Shown piece after piece: positions 1 through 9,083 of a stretch of DNA of 64,000 bases (the first letter of the stretch is position 1; each line of letters begins with the position of its first letter). Both the position numbers and the translations under genes were made by a program. Origin of the DNA: Kofleriaceae bacterium (lineage in GTDB: Bacteria; Myxococcota_A; Polyangia; Haliangiales; Haliangiaceae); the NCBI GenBank assembly GCA_965215005.1, contig CBDCCZ010000042.1:213202-277201 (forward strand). Reading direction: 5' to 3'. The notes under the pieces were generated by a model. That model saw only the letters and a list, made by a program, of their open reading frames with translations. It did not search any database and was not told the origin of the DNA.

Positions 1-36
1 GCAGCGGCCGGGTAGCCGGCGCAACCAGCAATGCGC

Positions 37-924
37 TCATGAATCGCCCTCCTTGGGCTCGGGACCTAGCGCTTGCTGCATCCGGCGGGACAAGCGCTCG
101 AGGCGGCTCGGACCAATCACCAACACCGCACGCGCGCCCGCACCGACTTGCGCGACCTCCATCCGACCGATGGCTTGTGCAACTAACAGCGCGCGGCTCC
201 AGGGCTGCCGCGCTGCCTGCGCGCGCCAGGCCTGAGCGGCAGACGCCAGCGCGGCGCCGTCGCGGGTCTGGGTACCGGACATCAACGCGATGATCGCCAA
301 ATCATCGGCCACGTCGCCCCAGACCGCGAACGTCACCGGAACCGCATCCAAGTCGAACATGCTCGCCAGCCCAACGCGAGCATCAAAGTCGAGCCGCGCC
401 GCGATGCGCAGCGCCGCGCCGGTGGCTGCCTCGGGCATGGCGGTGGCGCGAATCTCTGCCAGCTCAACGTCGTCGGCCAGCGGCTCGCGCGCGCCGGAGC
501 GGACCTTCTGCACCTCTTCGAGCAGCGCCGGCGGCCCCAGCGCGCGAACGCCGTCGGCAAGGGGCAAGCCGCCTGACAGGGACACCTCGCCGCCCGAGAC
601 CAGCGTTAGCGTGACGGCTTCAGGCGCGCCGACGTCGTAGGAGGCAAGCAGCACCGCGTCGGCATCGCGGAGCACGTTGAACTCCTCGCCGAACGCCCTC
701 GCCTGCTGCCCGACCAGCGCCACGGTTGGTCCCACCACCGGATTGGCGCGCAGGCGCGCGAGGTCGAGCTCTAGCACCACGTCGGCGCCCGCCGGCGCAT
801 AGGCCATGAGCATGTCGCCCACCGTCGCCGCACGCAGCGGCAGTAGCGGGGTCGTTGGCGGCAGTGGCCGACCTTCGCCGCCGCAGGCGACTAGCACCAT
901 CAAGACGAGTGCGCCGCGGCTCAT
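37..924 (-). CDS. Hypothetical lipoprotein
   Basis: 295-aa ORF with signal peptide and lipobox-like LVAC-G; start overlaps the hisC stop (ATGA), so probably co-transcribed. Confidence 0.7.
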   Translation of the reverse strand: MSRGALVLMVLVACGGEGRPLPPTTPLLPLRAATVGDMLMAYAPAGADVVLELDLARLRANPVVGPTVALVGQQARAFGEEFNVLRDADAVLLASYDVGAPEAVTLTLVSGGEVSLSGGLPLADGVRALGPPALLEEVQKVRSGAREPLADDVELAEIRATAMPEAATGAALRIAARLDFDARVGLASMFDLDAVPVTFAVWGDVADDLAIIALMSGTQTRDGAALASAAQAWRAQAARQPWSRALLVAQAIGRMEVAQVGAGARAVLVIGPSRLERLSRRMQQALGPEPKEGDS

Positions 925-2036
925 GCGAGGAGCTCGGCGAGGGTGCGCGCCGCTCGCTCGCTCTCAGCGGGCGTTCCCACCGAGATGCGGATGTGCTGCG
1001 GCAGCCCCCAAGCGCGCATCGGCCGCACGATCACGCCGCGTCGCAACAGCGCCTCGTAGAGCGGCTCGGGATCACGAGCCACGTCGATGAGGACGAAGTT
1101 GGTCAGCGACGGGTAAGCGCGGAGCCCCAGGCTCGCGACCGCGCCGCTCAGCGCCGCGATACCGGTGCGCGCGGCATCGGCCGAGCGCTGCAGGTGGGCA
1201 TCATCATCGAGTGCTGCCAGCGCCGCCGCCTGCGCGACCAAGCTGGTGTTGAAGGGACGCCGCACCCGATTGAGGTACTCGACGACGCGCGCATCGCCAA
1301 CGCCGTAGCCGATACGCAATCCAGCCAGACCGTGAATCTTTGAAAACGTGCGCAGCGTGAGTAGCGCCGGCCGCGCTTCACTGCGATAGGTCATCGACTG
1401 CGGATACGCCGCGCCACTGGCCACCGCGTACTCGTGATAGGCCTCATCGACCACCAGCAAGGCGCGCTCGGGCAGTGCCTCGAGAAGCCGCTCGAACGCC
1501 GCGGGCTCGACGTGACGACCCGTGGGATTGTTGGGATTGGCGAGAAACACCAGCTTGGTGCGCGGGGTGATCGCGGCGATGAGCGCGTCGATGTCGCACG
1601 CCAAATCGCCGGTGACCGGCGCCGACGCGAAGTCCACGCCAAAGGCCATCGCCGCGAGCCGGTAGCTGATGAAGGCGTAGTCGTGCGTCACGACCTGATC
1701 GAGCCCGGGCTGACAGAACGCTTGGATCGCGAGATAGATGAGCTCATTCGAGCCAGCACCAAACACCAGCTCATCGGGGCGCACCTCGAGCCGCTGGGCG
1801 AGCGCGCGACGCAGCGTGAACACGCCGCCGTCGGGATAGCGATGGACATTGCTGGCTGCGCTCTCGATGGCAGCGATGGCGCGTGGCGAGGGCCCCATCG
1901 GGTTCTCGTTAGAGGCGAGCTTGATCGCACCGGTGATGCCGAGCTCGCGCTCGAGCTCTTCCACCGGCTTGCCCGGCTGATAGGCCTGTAGAGTGCGGAT
2001 GTTGTCGCGAGGAAGGGTTTCGAGGAACGAGCTCAT
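921..2036 (-). CDS. hisC: Histidinol-phosphate aminotransferase
   Basis: Motifs KLASNENP, NPNNPTG, VVDEAY, RTFSKIHGLAGLRIGY (PLP lysine). Confidence 0.95.
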   Translation of the reverse strand: MSSFLETLPRDNIRTLQAYQPGKPVEELERELGITGAIKLASNENPMGPSPRAIAAIESAASNVHRYPDGGVFTLRRALAQRLEVRPDELVFGAGSNELIYLAIQAFCQPGLDQVVTHDYAFISYRLAAMAFGVDFASAPVTGDLACDIDALIAAITPRTKLVFLANPNNPTGRHVEPAAFERLLEALPERALLVVDEAYHEYAVASGAAYPQSMTYRSEARPALLTLRTFSKIHGLAGLRIGYGVGDARVVEYLNRVRRPFNTSLVAQAAALAALDDDAHLQRSADAARTGIAALSGAVASLGLRAYPSLTNFVLIDVARDPEPLYEALLRRGVIVRPMRAWGLPQHIRISVGTPAESERAARTLAELLA

Positions 2037-3127
2037 GAAAGATCTGCTTTGCGGTAGGAGCCGAGCACCTTGACCTGACAGTCCGGCGGAATCGCCGCGA
2101 GCACCGCGGCAATGGGCGGGTCATCGCGATGGCCCTCGAGGTCGAGGAAGAAGACGTATTCCCACGCCTGTCGCTTGGAGGGTCGACTCTCGATTTTGCT
2201 GAGGTTGACGCCGGCCTCGGAGATCGGCCGCAGCGCCTGATAGAGGTCGCCCGGACGGTTGCCGAGCACCAGCAGAAGCGAGGTTTTGTAATCGCCGGCG
2301 GCCGCTCGTGGCTCGTCGACGGCGGCGCCTATCACTAAAAAGCGCGTCGCGTTGCTAGCGGAATCTTGCACCGCGCGGCGCAACACGGAAAGGCCGTACA
2401 TGCGTGCGGCCATCTCGCCGGCGATCGCGCCACCGGCGCCATCATCGCTAGCGCGGCGCGCGGCAGCGGCGGTGGAAGCGCACTCGATGATGCGCGCTGC
2501 GGGCAGGTTGGCGTGCAGCCACGCGCGGCACTGGGCGATGCCTTGCGGGTGCGAGTAGATGCGCTCGAGCTGCCCTTCGCGTACATCCGCTCGCGCAAGC
2601 AGACACTGCTCCACGGCAATCACGAGCTCCGCGCGAATCACCAGAGGCGTCTCGAGAAAAGTATCGAGAGTGTGGCTGACCACCCCTTCGGTGGAGTTCT
2701 CCACCGGCACCACGCCGAACTCCGCTTGGCCACGCTCGACCTCTTCGAACACCATGGCGATCGAGCCGCAGGGCACCGTTGGCGCCGAGGTGCCGAAGTG
2801 TCGCTTGACCGCCTGATGGGTAAACGTCGCTTCGGGGCCGAGATACGCGACGCGCACGCCCTTCTCGAGGCTGAGGCACGCACTGATCACTTCTTGGAAC
2901 ACCGGACGAATCCCACTGGTGGGAAACGGTCCGGCATTGGCCTCTTGCAGGCGATCGATGATGGCGCGCTCGCGACTGGGCACGTAGAAACCACCCCCGC
3001 TCGATTGCTTACACGCGCCAACCGCTTCCACCAGGTGCGCACGGCGATTGAGCAGCGCCAACAGGGCATCGTCGACGGCGTCGATTTCCGCTCGCAAAGA
3101 CGCGAGCTTATCGTCGGCCGGGGCCAT
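2033..3127 (-). CDS. pheA: Chorismate mutase / prephenate dehydratase (P-protein)
   Basis: N-terminal CM (LRAEIDAVD..LLNRRA), PDT motifs YLGPEATFT, PVENSTEG, SHPQ, NATRF; ACT domain with IESRP. Confidence 0.95.
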   Translation of the reverse strand: MAPADDKLASLRAEIDAVDDALLALLNRRAHLVEAVGACKQSSGGGFYVPSRERAIIDRLQEANAGPFPTSGIRPVFQEVISACLSLEKGVRVAYLGPEATFTHQAVKRHFGTSAPTVPCGSIAMVFEEVERGQAEFGVVPVENSTEGVVSHTLDTFLETPLVIRAELVIAVEQCLLARADVREGQLERIYSHPQGIAQCRAWLHANLPAARIIECASTAAAARRASDDGAGGAIAGEMAARMYGLSVLRRAVQDSASNATRFLVIGAAVDEPRAAAGDYKTSLLLVLGNRPGDLYQALRPISEAGVNLSKIESRPSKRQAWEYVFFLDLEGHRDDPPIAAVLAAIPPDCQVKVLGSYRKADLS

Positions 3128-3199
3128 TGCCGGCAGACTCTACTATAGTTAGCCTCCAGCGCGTAACGCTCTGCGTGCTGCCACCCTCTATCGAAACAG

Positions 3200-4933
3200 A
3201 TGCCGCGTATACCACTGCCCTTCCATCGCCGCGTCGGTGCCCTCGCCACCGCCTTCGTGGTCTTGCTGATCCCCGCACTGGCCTGGGCCGGAGGCGACGG
3301 CGACTTCGCCGCCAGTCGCGACAAAGGCGTGCTCGGCCTCTATCTAGCGGCCTACGGCGCCGGCGTGATGACCGCGCTCACCCCGTGCGTCTACCCAATG
3401 ATCCCCATCGTCATTGGCGTGTTCGGCGCCCGCGACGATGGCACCTCGCGCGGCCGCGCCTTCGCCCTCGCCACTTCCTATGTAATGGGCATGGCGCTCC
3501 TCTACAGCGTCCTGGGCGTGTTGTTTGCCCTCGCCGGCAAGCAAGCCGGATCATTGCTCGCCAATCCGTGGGTGGTCCTGCCGATGGTCGCGATGTTCTT
3601 GGCGCTGGCGCTCTCGATGTTCGGCGCCTTCGAAATTCGCGTCCCAATGGCGCTGCAAAACCGGCTCAGTCACGTCGGCGGCCGCGGCTACGCCGGCGCG
3701 TTTGCCATGGGTTTGGTCGGCGGCGTGGTCGCGGCACCGTGCGTGGGGCCGTTTCTCGGCGGCCTGCTCTTCTACATCACCAAGACCCGCGACGTGGTGC
3801 TCGGCGGCAGCGCGCTGTTTGTCTACGCCCTCGGCATGGGGTTGCTGTTTTGGATCGTCGCGGTGTTCACCGGGTCGCTGCCACGTAGCGGCCGCTGGAT
3901 GGAGTGGATCAAGAGCATCGGCGGCATTGGTCTCTTGGTGGTCGCGCTGTACTTCCTGCGGCCCATCGTTCCCGCTCTCGAGAATGTCGTCGTCAAGGAC
4001 CTGCGTTTTCTTCTCGGAGCGCTGGGTTTGGTCGGCGCCGGCATCGCGCTCGGCGCGGTGCACCTCTCGTTCTACGATCGCTGGAGCATCAAGCTGCGCA
4101 AAGGCCTGGGCGTGGCGTTGGCCGTTACCGGCGCCGCCGGAGTTTGGTTTTGGACGCTCACGAGCGATCGCAAGCTCGACTGGGTGCACGATGAGGAGCT
4201 GGCGTTTGCGCAGGCGCGCGCCGATGGCAAAGCGGTGATGATCGATTTCGCCGCCGATTGGTGCTCGCCGTGCAAGAAGCTCGAGATCGTCTTCGCAAAA
4301 CCTGAGGTGTTCACGCTGCTCGAGGAGCGCTTCGTGCCGCTCAAGTACGATGTCTCAAACGGCACCGATGCGGATGAGGCGGCGCAAACCAAGTGGGCGG
4401 CAGAAACGTTGCCAGCGGTCATCTTCGTCGACGCCAGTGGCCGCGAGCTAGCCCGGGTCAAGGATCTGGTGGAAGCCGAGGAGATGGTCGCCGTCATCGA
4501 GCGCGCGCTGGCTATCGCCGAGGAGCTGCCCGCCGCGCCCCCCGCCGAAGAGCAGTCCGTGGCTCCTGCCGCGAGCGACGCGCGCGCGCTGCCCTGGGTT
4601 GAGCGCGATGCGCAGAGCGCCTTCGCTGCCGCCCGCGCGGCCGGCAAAGGAGTGATGGTCGACGTGTCGGCAGAATGGTGCGCCTCCTGCGAAGAGCTCG
4701 AGGCGACGTTTGCAGCGGCGCCGGTGTTCCAGCGGCTCCAGGCGCACTACGTGCCGGTCAAGATCGACGTCACGGCCGGCACCGCTGAGGACCAAGCGCT
4801 GCAGAGCGAGTATCAGGCCTCGACGCTGCCAACTGTCATCTTCTACGACGCCGACGGCAAGGAAGAGGGCCGGATCACTAAATACCTAGCCCCGGCCGAA
4901 TTTCTGGCCACCCTCGACTCCTTCGCCCGCTGA
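3200..4933 (+). CDS. DsbD/CcdA-like thiol:disulfide interchange protein with two thioredoxin domains
   Basis: TM domain with TPCVYPMIP and APCVGP; two Trx motifs WCSPC and WCASC. Confidence 0.88.
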   Translation: MPRIPLPFHRRVGALATAFVVLLIPALAWAGGDGDFAASRDKGVLGLYLAAYGAGVMTALTPCVYPMIPIVIGVFGARDDGTSRGRAFALATSYVMGMALLYSVLGVLFALAGKQAGSLLANPWVVLPMVAMFLALALSMFGAFEIRVPMALQNRLSHVGGRGYAGAFAMGLVGGVVAAPCVGPFLGGLLFYITKTRDVVLGGSALFVYALGMGLLFWIVAVFTGSLPRSGRWMEWIKSIGGIGLLVVALYFLRPIVPALENVVVKDLRFLLGALGLVGAGIALGAVHLSFYDRWSIKLRKGLGVALAVTGAAGVWFWTLTSDRKLDWVHDEELAFAQARADGKAVMIDFAADWCSPCKKLEIVFAKPEVFTLLEERFVPLKYDVSNGTDADEAAQTKWAAETLPAVIFVDASGRELARVKDLVEAEEMVAVIERALAIAEELPAAPPAEEQSVAPAASDARALPWVERDAQSAFAAARAAGKGVMVDVSAEWCASCEELEATFAAAPVFQRLQAHYVPVKIDVTAGTAEDQALQSEYQASTLPTVIFYDADGKEEGRITKYLAPAEFLATLDSFAR

Positions 4934-4942
4934 TCCGCCTCG

Positions 4943-5926
4943 CTAGCGCACGGGCACGCCCAGATGCAAGATGCGCGAGCCGGCGCGAGCCGCTGGGTTG
5001 TTGCTCTTGCCAACGCACACCCCCGCCTGCGGCGCCACGTATTCACGCACCAGATCGCCCCAGACATTGCGCAAGCGGCCGATGACCTCGCCTTCGGCAA
5101 TCGATGCGGCCAGCTCGGGATAGACCTCGAGCACTCCGCCGCGGTCGGTGTAGAGCCAATACGAGCTGCCACATTCGATGCAGGGACGCGGCGCGTCCGC
5201 CTGTCGGCTGCTCACCATCTCGAGGTACTCGAGCACCCCTTGGATCCCCAGCTGCGCTTCCTGCACCAGCCCGTGCTGAAAGCGCTGAGGATCGCCAACC
5301 TCCACGGTCACCGCGTGCACCCCCATCTCCGCCATGGCCGCGCGAAAGGTTCCGTCGCCGCCGGTGTTGTGCACGATGATCTGCGGACTGATCAGTCGGG
5401 CCAGCGCGGCAGTTTCGGAGCGGGTCATGTCGGCGCGCACGTACAGCGAGTTGACGCGCCCGAAGCTGGCGGTGTGCAGATCGATCAAGTAGTGGAAGTG
5501 CGACGCGATGCGCTGCAGGAACCGATGCGCGTACAGCTGGCCGCAGTTGCCGTCGGGCTTGCCGGGCATGATGCGATTGAGATCTTGGCCATCCTCGAAC
5601 GCACGCTGATGGTTGAGGTATCCCGGGATGTTCATGATCGGCACTGCCACCAGCGTGCCGCGTAGCAGCTGCTCGGCGTTGACCGACTCGATGAGCTCGT
5701 GGATCACCGAAATGCCGTTGAGCTCGTTGCCGTGGACCACGGCGGTGATGCCGACGATAGGCCCGGGTTTGGGTGCGCGCAGCACCAACACCGGAACCAG
5801 GGTCTCGTTACCGGTGGCGTTCTCGCTCATCACCACACGTACCCGATGCGCTCCAGGACCCAATGCTTGTAAATCGAGCGCAGAGACGATGGGCGGTCGA
5901 ACGAACGGTTTCGGCGAGAGAGTCAA
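4943..5926 (-). CDS. Succinylglutamate desuccinylase/aspartoacylase family (M14-like) protein
   Basis: HGNELNG, DLNR, IDLHT motifs. Confidence 0.85.
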   Translation of the reverse strand: MTLSPKPFVRPPIVSALDLQALGPGAHRVRVVMSENATGNETLVPVLVLRAPKPGPIVGITAVVHGNELNGISVIHELIESVNAEQLLRGTLVAVPIMNIPGYLNHQRAFEDGQDLNRIMPGKPDGNCGQLYAHRFLQRIASHFHYLIDLHTASFGRVNSLYVRADMTRSETAALARLISPQIIVHNTGGDGTFRAAMAEMGVHAVTVEVGDPQRFQHGLVQEAQLGIQGVLEYLEMVSSRQADAPRPCIECGSSYWLYTDRGGVLEVYPELAASIAEGEVIGRLRNVWGDLVREYVAPQAGVCVGKSNNPAARAGSRILHLGVPVR

Positions 5927-5992
5927 TCGATGCCTCCTGCGACAGCGCGTTCGTCAGCTTGCAACTACACGCTTGCAGGAGCAACGCATCAA

Positions 5993-6066
5993 GTACGACG
6001 CCGCGTGTCTCCCCAAGCGATTGTTGCTTTGCTAGCGGTTTGCCGACTCACGCCGCAAACCACGAG
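5993..6066 (-). repeat. Partial, internally deleted, inverted copy of the MITE-like element
   Basis: Reverse complement of 6007-6066 matches 46085-46142 (shared AATCGCTTGGGGAGAC and terminal hairpin); reverse complement of 5993-6005 matches 46223-46235 at 12/13. Confidence 0.75.
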
Positions 6067-6258
6067 AGGCTCGGTTGTAGTGAGCGCGACAGCCACCGGG
6101 GGGTCGCCATCGTGGGTCGGCGGTGACCCGGGGTCGCTTTCGACCCATGGGCTGCTCGCGCACCTTTACGCACGAAAAACAGCTTCGTTTGCTCGCTCAC
6201 TCAAGAATTCGCGACTGTTTACCGAGTTTGGCCAATGGCGCCCCGCGGCCGCGATCGC

Positions 6259-6274
6259 TGGCCTGCATTTCGCA
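6259..6274 (+). promoter_or_regulatory. Putative sigma54 (-24/-12) promoter of the sigma-28 gene
   Basis: TGGCCTGCATTTCGCA = GG-N10-GC; predicted +1 near 6285, just upstream of SD AAGGAG (6288-6293) and ATG 6303. Confidence 0.55.
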
Positions 6275-6302
6275 CAAGAGGCTGGTCAAGGAGACGACGA
6301 CC

Positions 6303-6992
6303 ATGCCCGCACTCGCCAACGCTCAGCTCGACTCTCGCGACGACCTCATCGCTTCTCATCTCGATATGGCGCGACGCCTAGCGAGAAAGATGGCGCGTCG
6401 ACTGCCGCGCAGCGTTCGCTTCGACGAGCTCGAGAGCGCCGCGCTCCTCGGGCTCACCGAAGCCGCCACGCGCTACGACGCGACCCGCGGCGAGCCGTTC
6501 GTCGCCTACGCCGCCAAACGCGTGCGCGGCGCGATTCTCGACGAGCTGCGCCGCTGCGACATCCTCACCCGGCGCGGCCGCGAAGGCGCCCGTCGGCTCG
6601 AAGAAGCGACCCGCACCGTCGAGCTGCGCGCCGGCCGACCGGCGACCACCGACGAGATTGCCAAGGAGATGGGCCTGAGCACCGATGAAGTCTCTCGTGC
6701 CCGTGCGCGGTTGTCGGCGCCGGCGCTGGTTCCCATCGAAGATGCCCGCGATCTGCCGCGCACCGAGGACAGCGACGCCCCCGACGAGCTGTGCATTCGC
6801 AGCCAAGAGAAAGCCGCGTTGGCCGATGCGCTCAAAAAGCTGCCCGAGCGCGACCTGATGGTGCTGTCGATGTACTTCCAAGACAGCTTGACCCTCAAGG
6901 AGATCGGCGACGTCCTCGGCGTCTCCGAGTCTCGCGCCTGCCAAATTCGCGGCCGCGCGCTGCGCGCCCTGCGCCGCCTGGTCATCGACTGA
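6303..6992 (+). CDS. FliA/WhiG family (sigma-28) RNA polymerase sigma factor
   Basis: DELESAALLGLTEAATRYD, RVRGAILDELR, region 4 LTLKEIGDVLGVSESRACQI; strong SD before ATG 6303. Confidence 0.88.
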   Translation: MPALANAQLDSRDDLIASHLDMARRLARKMARRLPRSVRFDELESAALLGLTEAATRYDATRGEPFVAYAAKRVRGAILDELRRCDILTRRGREGARRLEEATRTVELRAGRPATTDEIAKEMGLSTDEVSRARARLSAPALVPIEDARDLPRTEDSDAPDELCIRSQEKAALADALKKLPERDLMVLSMYFQDSLTLKEIGDVLGVSESRACQIRGRALRALRRLVID

Positions 6993-7098
6993 AACCCTCG
7001 CTCCTGCGCTATCGCACTGCTTGCGCATCGCGCTTACCAATCCGTCCATCAGCAACGCAAAGCGGCCTACGCCGACATGCCGCGCTATACTACCTGCC

Positions 7099-7374
7099 GT
7101 GCCTCAGCGACCCAGCACCTCCCATGCCTCTGCAGCGCGCCAGCAGCGCGTGGAGGAAATCAAGCGCCGAATCCGCGAGGGCCGCTATGAGATCGACTAC
7201 GACAGCCTCGCAGATAGGCTCCTAGCGGTTCACGGCGGAAGTCGTGAACCGCTGGAAAAACCACCATCGCTTGGGGAGACGCCGAAGGGGGCGCCTGAGC
7301 AGCAGAAGTCTGCCGCCCTTGCCCCGGCCGACGAGGGCGAAGCCAGCGGCGACGACGAGCGACCGCAGAGCTGA
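7099..7374 (+). CDS. FlgM-like anti-sigma-28 factor with C-terminal extension encoded by a repeat
   Basis: RQQRVEEIKRRIREGRYEIDYDSLADRLL matches the FlgM C-terminal signature; directly downstream of sigma-28; GTG start chosen from TATACT box 7 nt upstream. Confidence 0.72.
   Translation: MPQRPSTSHASAARQQRVEEIKRRIREGRYEIDYDSLADRLLAVHGGSREPLEKPPSLGETPKGAPEQQKSAALAPADEGEASGDDERPQS
7222..7326 (+). repeat. Partial copy of MITE-like structured element inside the flgM-like ORF
   Basis: About 105 bp closely matching 46085-46189 (CTAG hairpin...ATCGCTTGGGGAGACGCCGAAGGGGGCGCCTGAGCAGCAGAA-TCTGCCGCCCTTGCCCCG). Confidence 0.9.
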
Positions 7375-7387
7375 TACTCTGGCAGCC

Positions 7388-8911
7388 GTGCGGCTCGGCG
7401 AGATGTTGCTAGGCGATGGCGTCATCGATGCCGCTCAACTCAGCACGGCGCTTGCTCAACAAGCCACCGAAGGGGGCCGGCTCGGCACCAACCTCCTCGA
7501 CCTCGGATTCGTGACTGTCGACCAGCTCGCTGCCGCGCTCGCGCAGCAGCAAGGAGTGCCGGCGGCACTGCTGCGGCACCTCCAGCGCGCCGACCCGGTT
7601 CTCATCGAGTTGGTGCCGCGGGCTCTCGCAGAGCATCTAGCCGCCTATCCGGTGGCGTACTCGCTGGCCGGCGGGCAGCGGCGATTGGTCGTCTGCCTGC
7701 GGGATCCTAGCGCAGCGTCCGCCACCGCGATCGCTACTGCTACGGGCCTGCAGGTGGTGCCATGCGTCGCCGCAGAGGCCGTGATCTACGCGCTGCTCGA
7801 GCGCGGCTATGGCGCCCCGCGTCCGCCCCGCTTTCGCCGAGGGCAGCGCCAACCGGCCTCGTCGAGCGGGCGCGGGCATGCTTCCCAGCCCGCCCTCGAG
7901 CCGCCCGACCTCGAGCCGCTCGACCTCGAGCCGCTCGACCTCGAGATCGACTTCGACGCCGAAGAAACGCCGCCGCCGATGCTCATGCTGGTCGAGCTCG
8001 ACGACGCTGCCGTGGAGCGCGACGACTCGCAGGTCGGCCCCGCGACAAGTCAGCAGCGCACCCGCCTCATCGACTACTTCGGCTCCCATGACCAACCCAC
8101 GCCACCGGTTGCGTCCACGCCAGAGCCACCGCCGGAGCGCATGACCTCTACAGCGGCAGCTCCGCCGCCGTCAACGCCGGCGCGTGCTGCGCCACCCAAC
8201 TCTCAAGCGGCTAGCGACCCGCCACCAGCGCCGGCGCCCGCTGCACCACCCTCGGCCCCAGCACGCGAAGACCTCGACGACGGCTGGGAGCTCGATGACG
8301 AACGGCCCACGTGGGTTCGCGCCGCCGACCGCGCCGCGGACGAGGCCGACGAGGCCCGGGTCGCGCGAGATCCACACGCTCGAGCACGACCTCCCGCCGC
8401 GGCCATCGGCTTCCGCGAGACCTTGACGGCCATCGCCAATGCCGCCGATCGCAGCGGTATCGTCGATGCAGTCGTCGCGTTCATGCGCGAGCGATTTGCC
8501 GCCGCTCTCGTGCTCACCTGCAAAGATGGATTGGCGCTCGGTCATCGCGGCTTCGGCGGCGCCTTCGATGCGGTGTCAGTGGAATCGGTGGTGATTCCCA
8601 TGTCGATGACGTCGTGCTTTCGCGTCGCGCATGACCACGGCACGCTGCATCGCGGCCCCCCGAGCGCAACGATGTCTGCCGTGCAGCAGCGGTTCCTCAA
8701 GCTGTTTCCCGACCACCGCCCTGCCGAGGTCGTCGTGGCGCCGGTGCGAGTCGGCAATCGAGTCGTCTGTATGTTCTATGGCCACCCAGAAGCCGGAACT
8801 CTCTTGAACGATGAGGTCGTTGCCGACCTCGCAGAGCTCGCCAACGCCACCGCGGAGGGTTTCGTGCGCCTCATACGCGAAGGCAAGCAGCGCCGCTCGC
8901 CGTCTACATAA
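7388..8911 (+). CDS. MshEN (GspE N-terminal) c-di-GMP-binding domain protein with Pro-rich linker and C-terminal GAF-like domain
   Basis: Two tandem motifs RLGEMLLGDGVIDAAQLSTALAQQ and RLGTNLLDLGFVTVDQLAAALAQQ; no ATPase domain. Confidence 0.8.
   Translation: MRLGEMLLGDGVIDAAQLSTALAQQATEGGRLGTNLLDLGFVTVDQLAAALAQQQGVPAALLRHLQRADPVLIELVPRALAEHLAAYPVAYSLAGGQRRLVVCLRDPSAASATAIATATGLQVVPCVAAEAVIYALLERGYGAPRPPRFRRGQRQPASSSGRGHASQPALEPPDLEPLDLEPLDLEIDFDAEETPPPMLMLVELDDAAVERDDSQVGPATSQQRTRLIDYFGSHDQPTPPVASTPEPPPERMTSTAAAPPPSTPARAAPPNSQAASDPPPAPAPAAPPSAPAREDLDDGWELDDERPTWVRAADRAADEADEARVARDPHARARPPAAAIGFRETLTAIANAADRSGIVDAVVAFMRERFAAALVLTCKDGLALGHRGFGGAFDAVSVESVVIPMSMTSCFRVAHDHGTLHRGPPSATMSAVQQRFLKLFPDHRPAEVVVAPVRVGNRVVCMFYGHPEAGTLLNDEVVADLAELANATAEGFVRLIREGKQRRSPST
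7895..7951 (+). repeat. 15-bp coding tandem repeat (LEPxD)n
   Basis: CTCGAGCCGC(C/T)CGAC x3 plus partial; protein LEPPDLEPLDLEPLDLEID. Confidence 0.75.
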
Positions 8912-9083
8912 GGCGCAGCGTCGCTAGCTGCCAGCCACGTCCATCGCACACGCGCATACGCGTCTGCTCAGAGATTTCCCCTTTTGGCTCATAGCCTTAA
9001 TGACAGTCCGTCGCTGCCACGTTACGATGTACGAACATCCAAGCCCCGCGAACGATGCGGTGATCATCTTGGTTGGAGCAACT

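Noticed and set aside
6050..6100. c-di-GMP-I riboswitch-like words (GCAAACC..GAGA..GCGACAGCCACCGG) upstream of the sigma-28 gene
   Set aside because: The P2 stem/GNRA and ACGCAAAG core are not properly formed, and the first half is explained by the repeat copy
6201..7078. Possible sigma-28 promoters (TCAAG..ACCGAGTT at 6201-6228; GCCGACAT at 7071-7078)
   Set aside because: Spacing is off by one or the -35 is poor; not distinguishable from chance in GC-rich DNA
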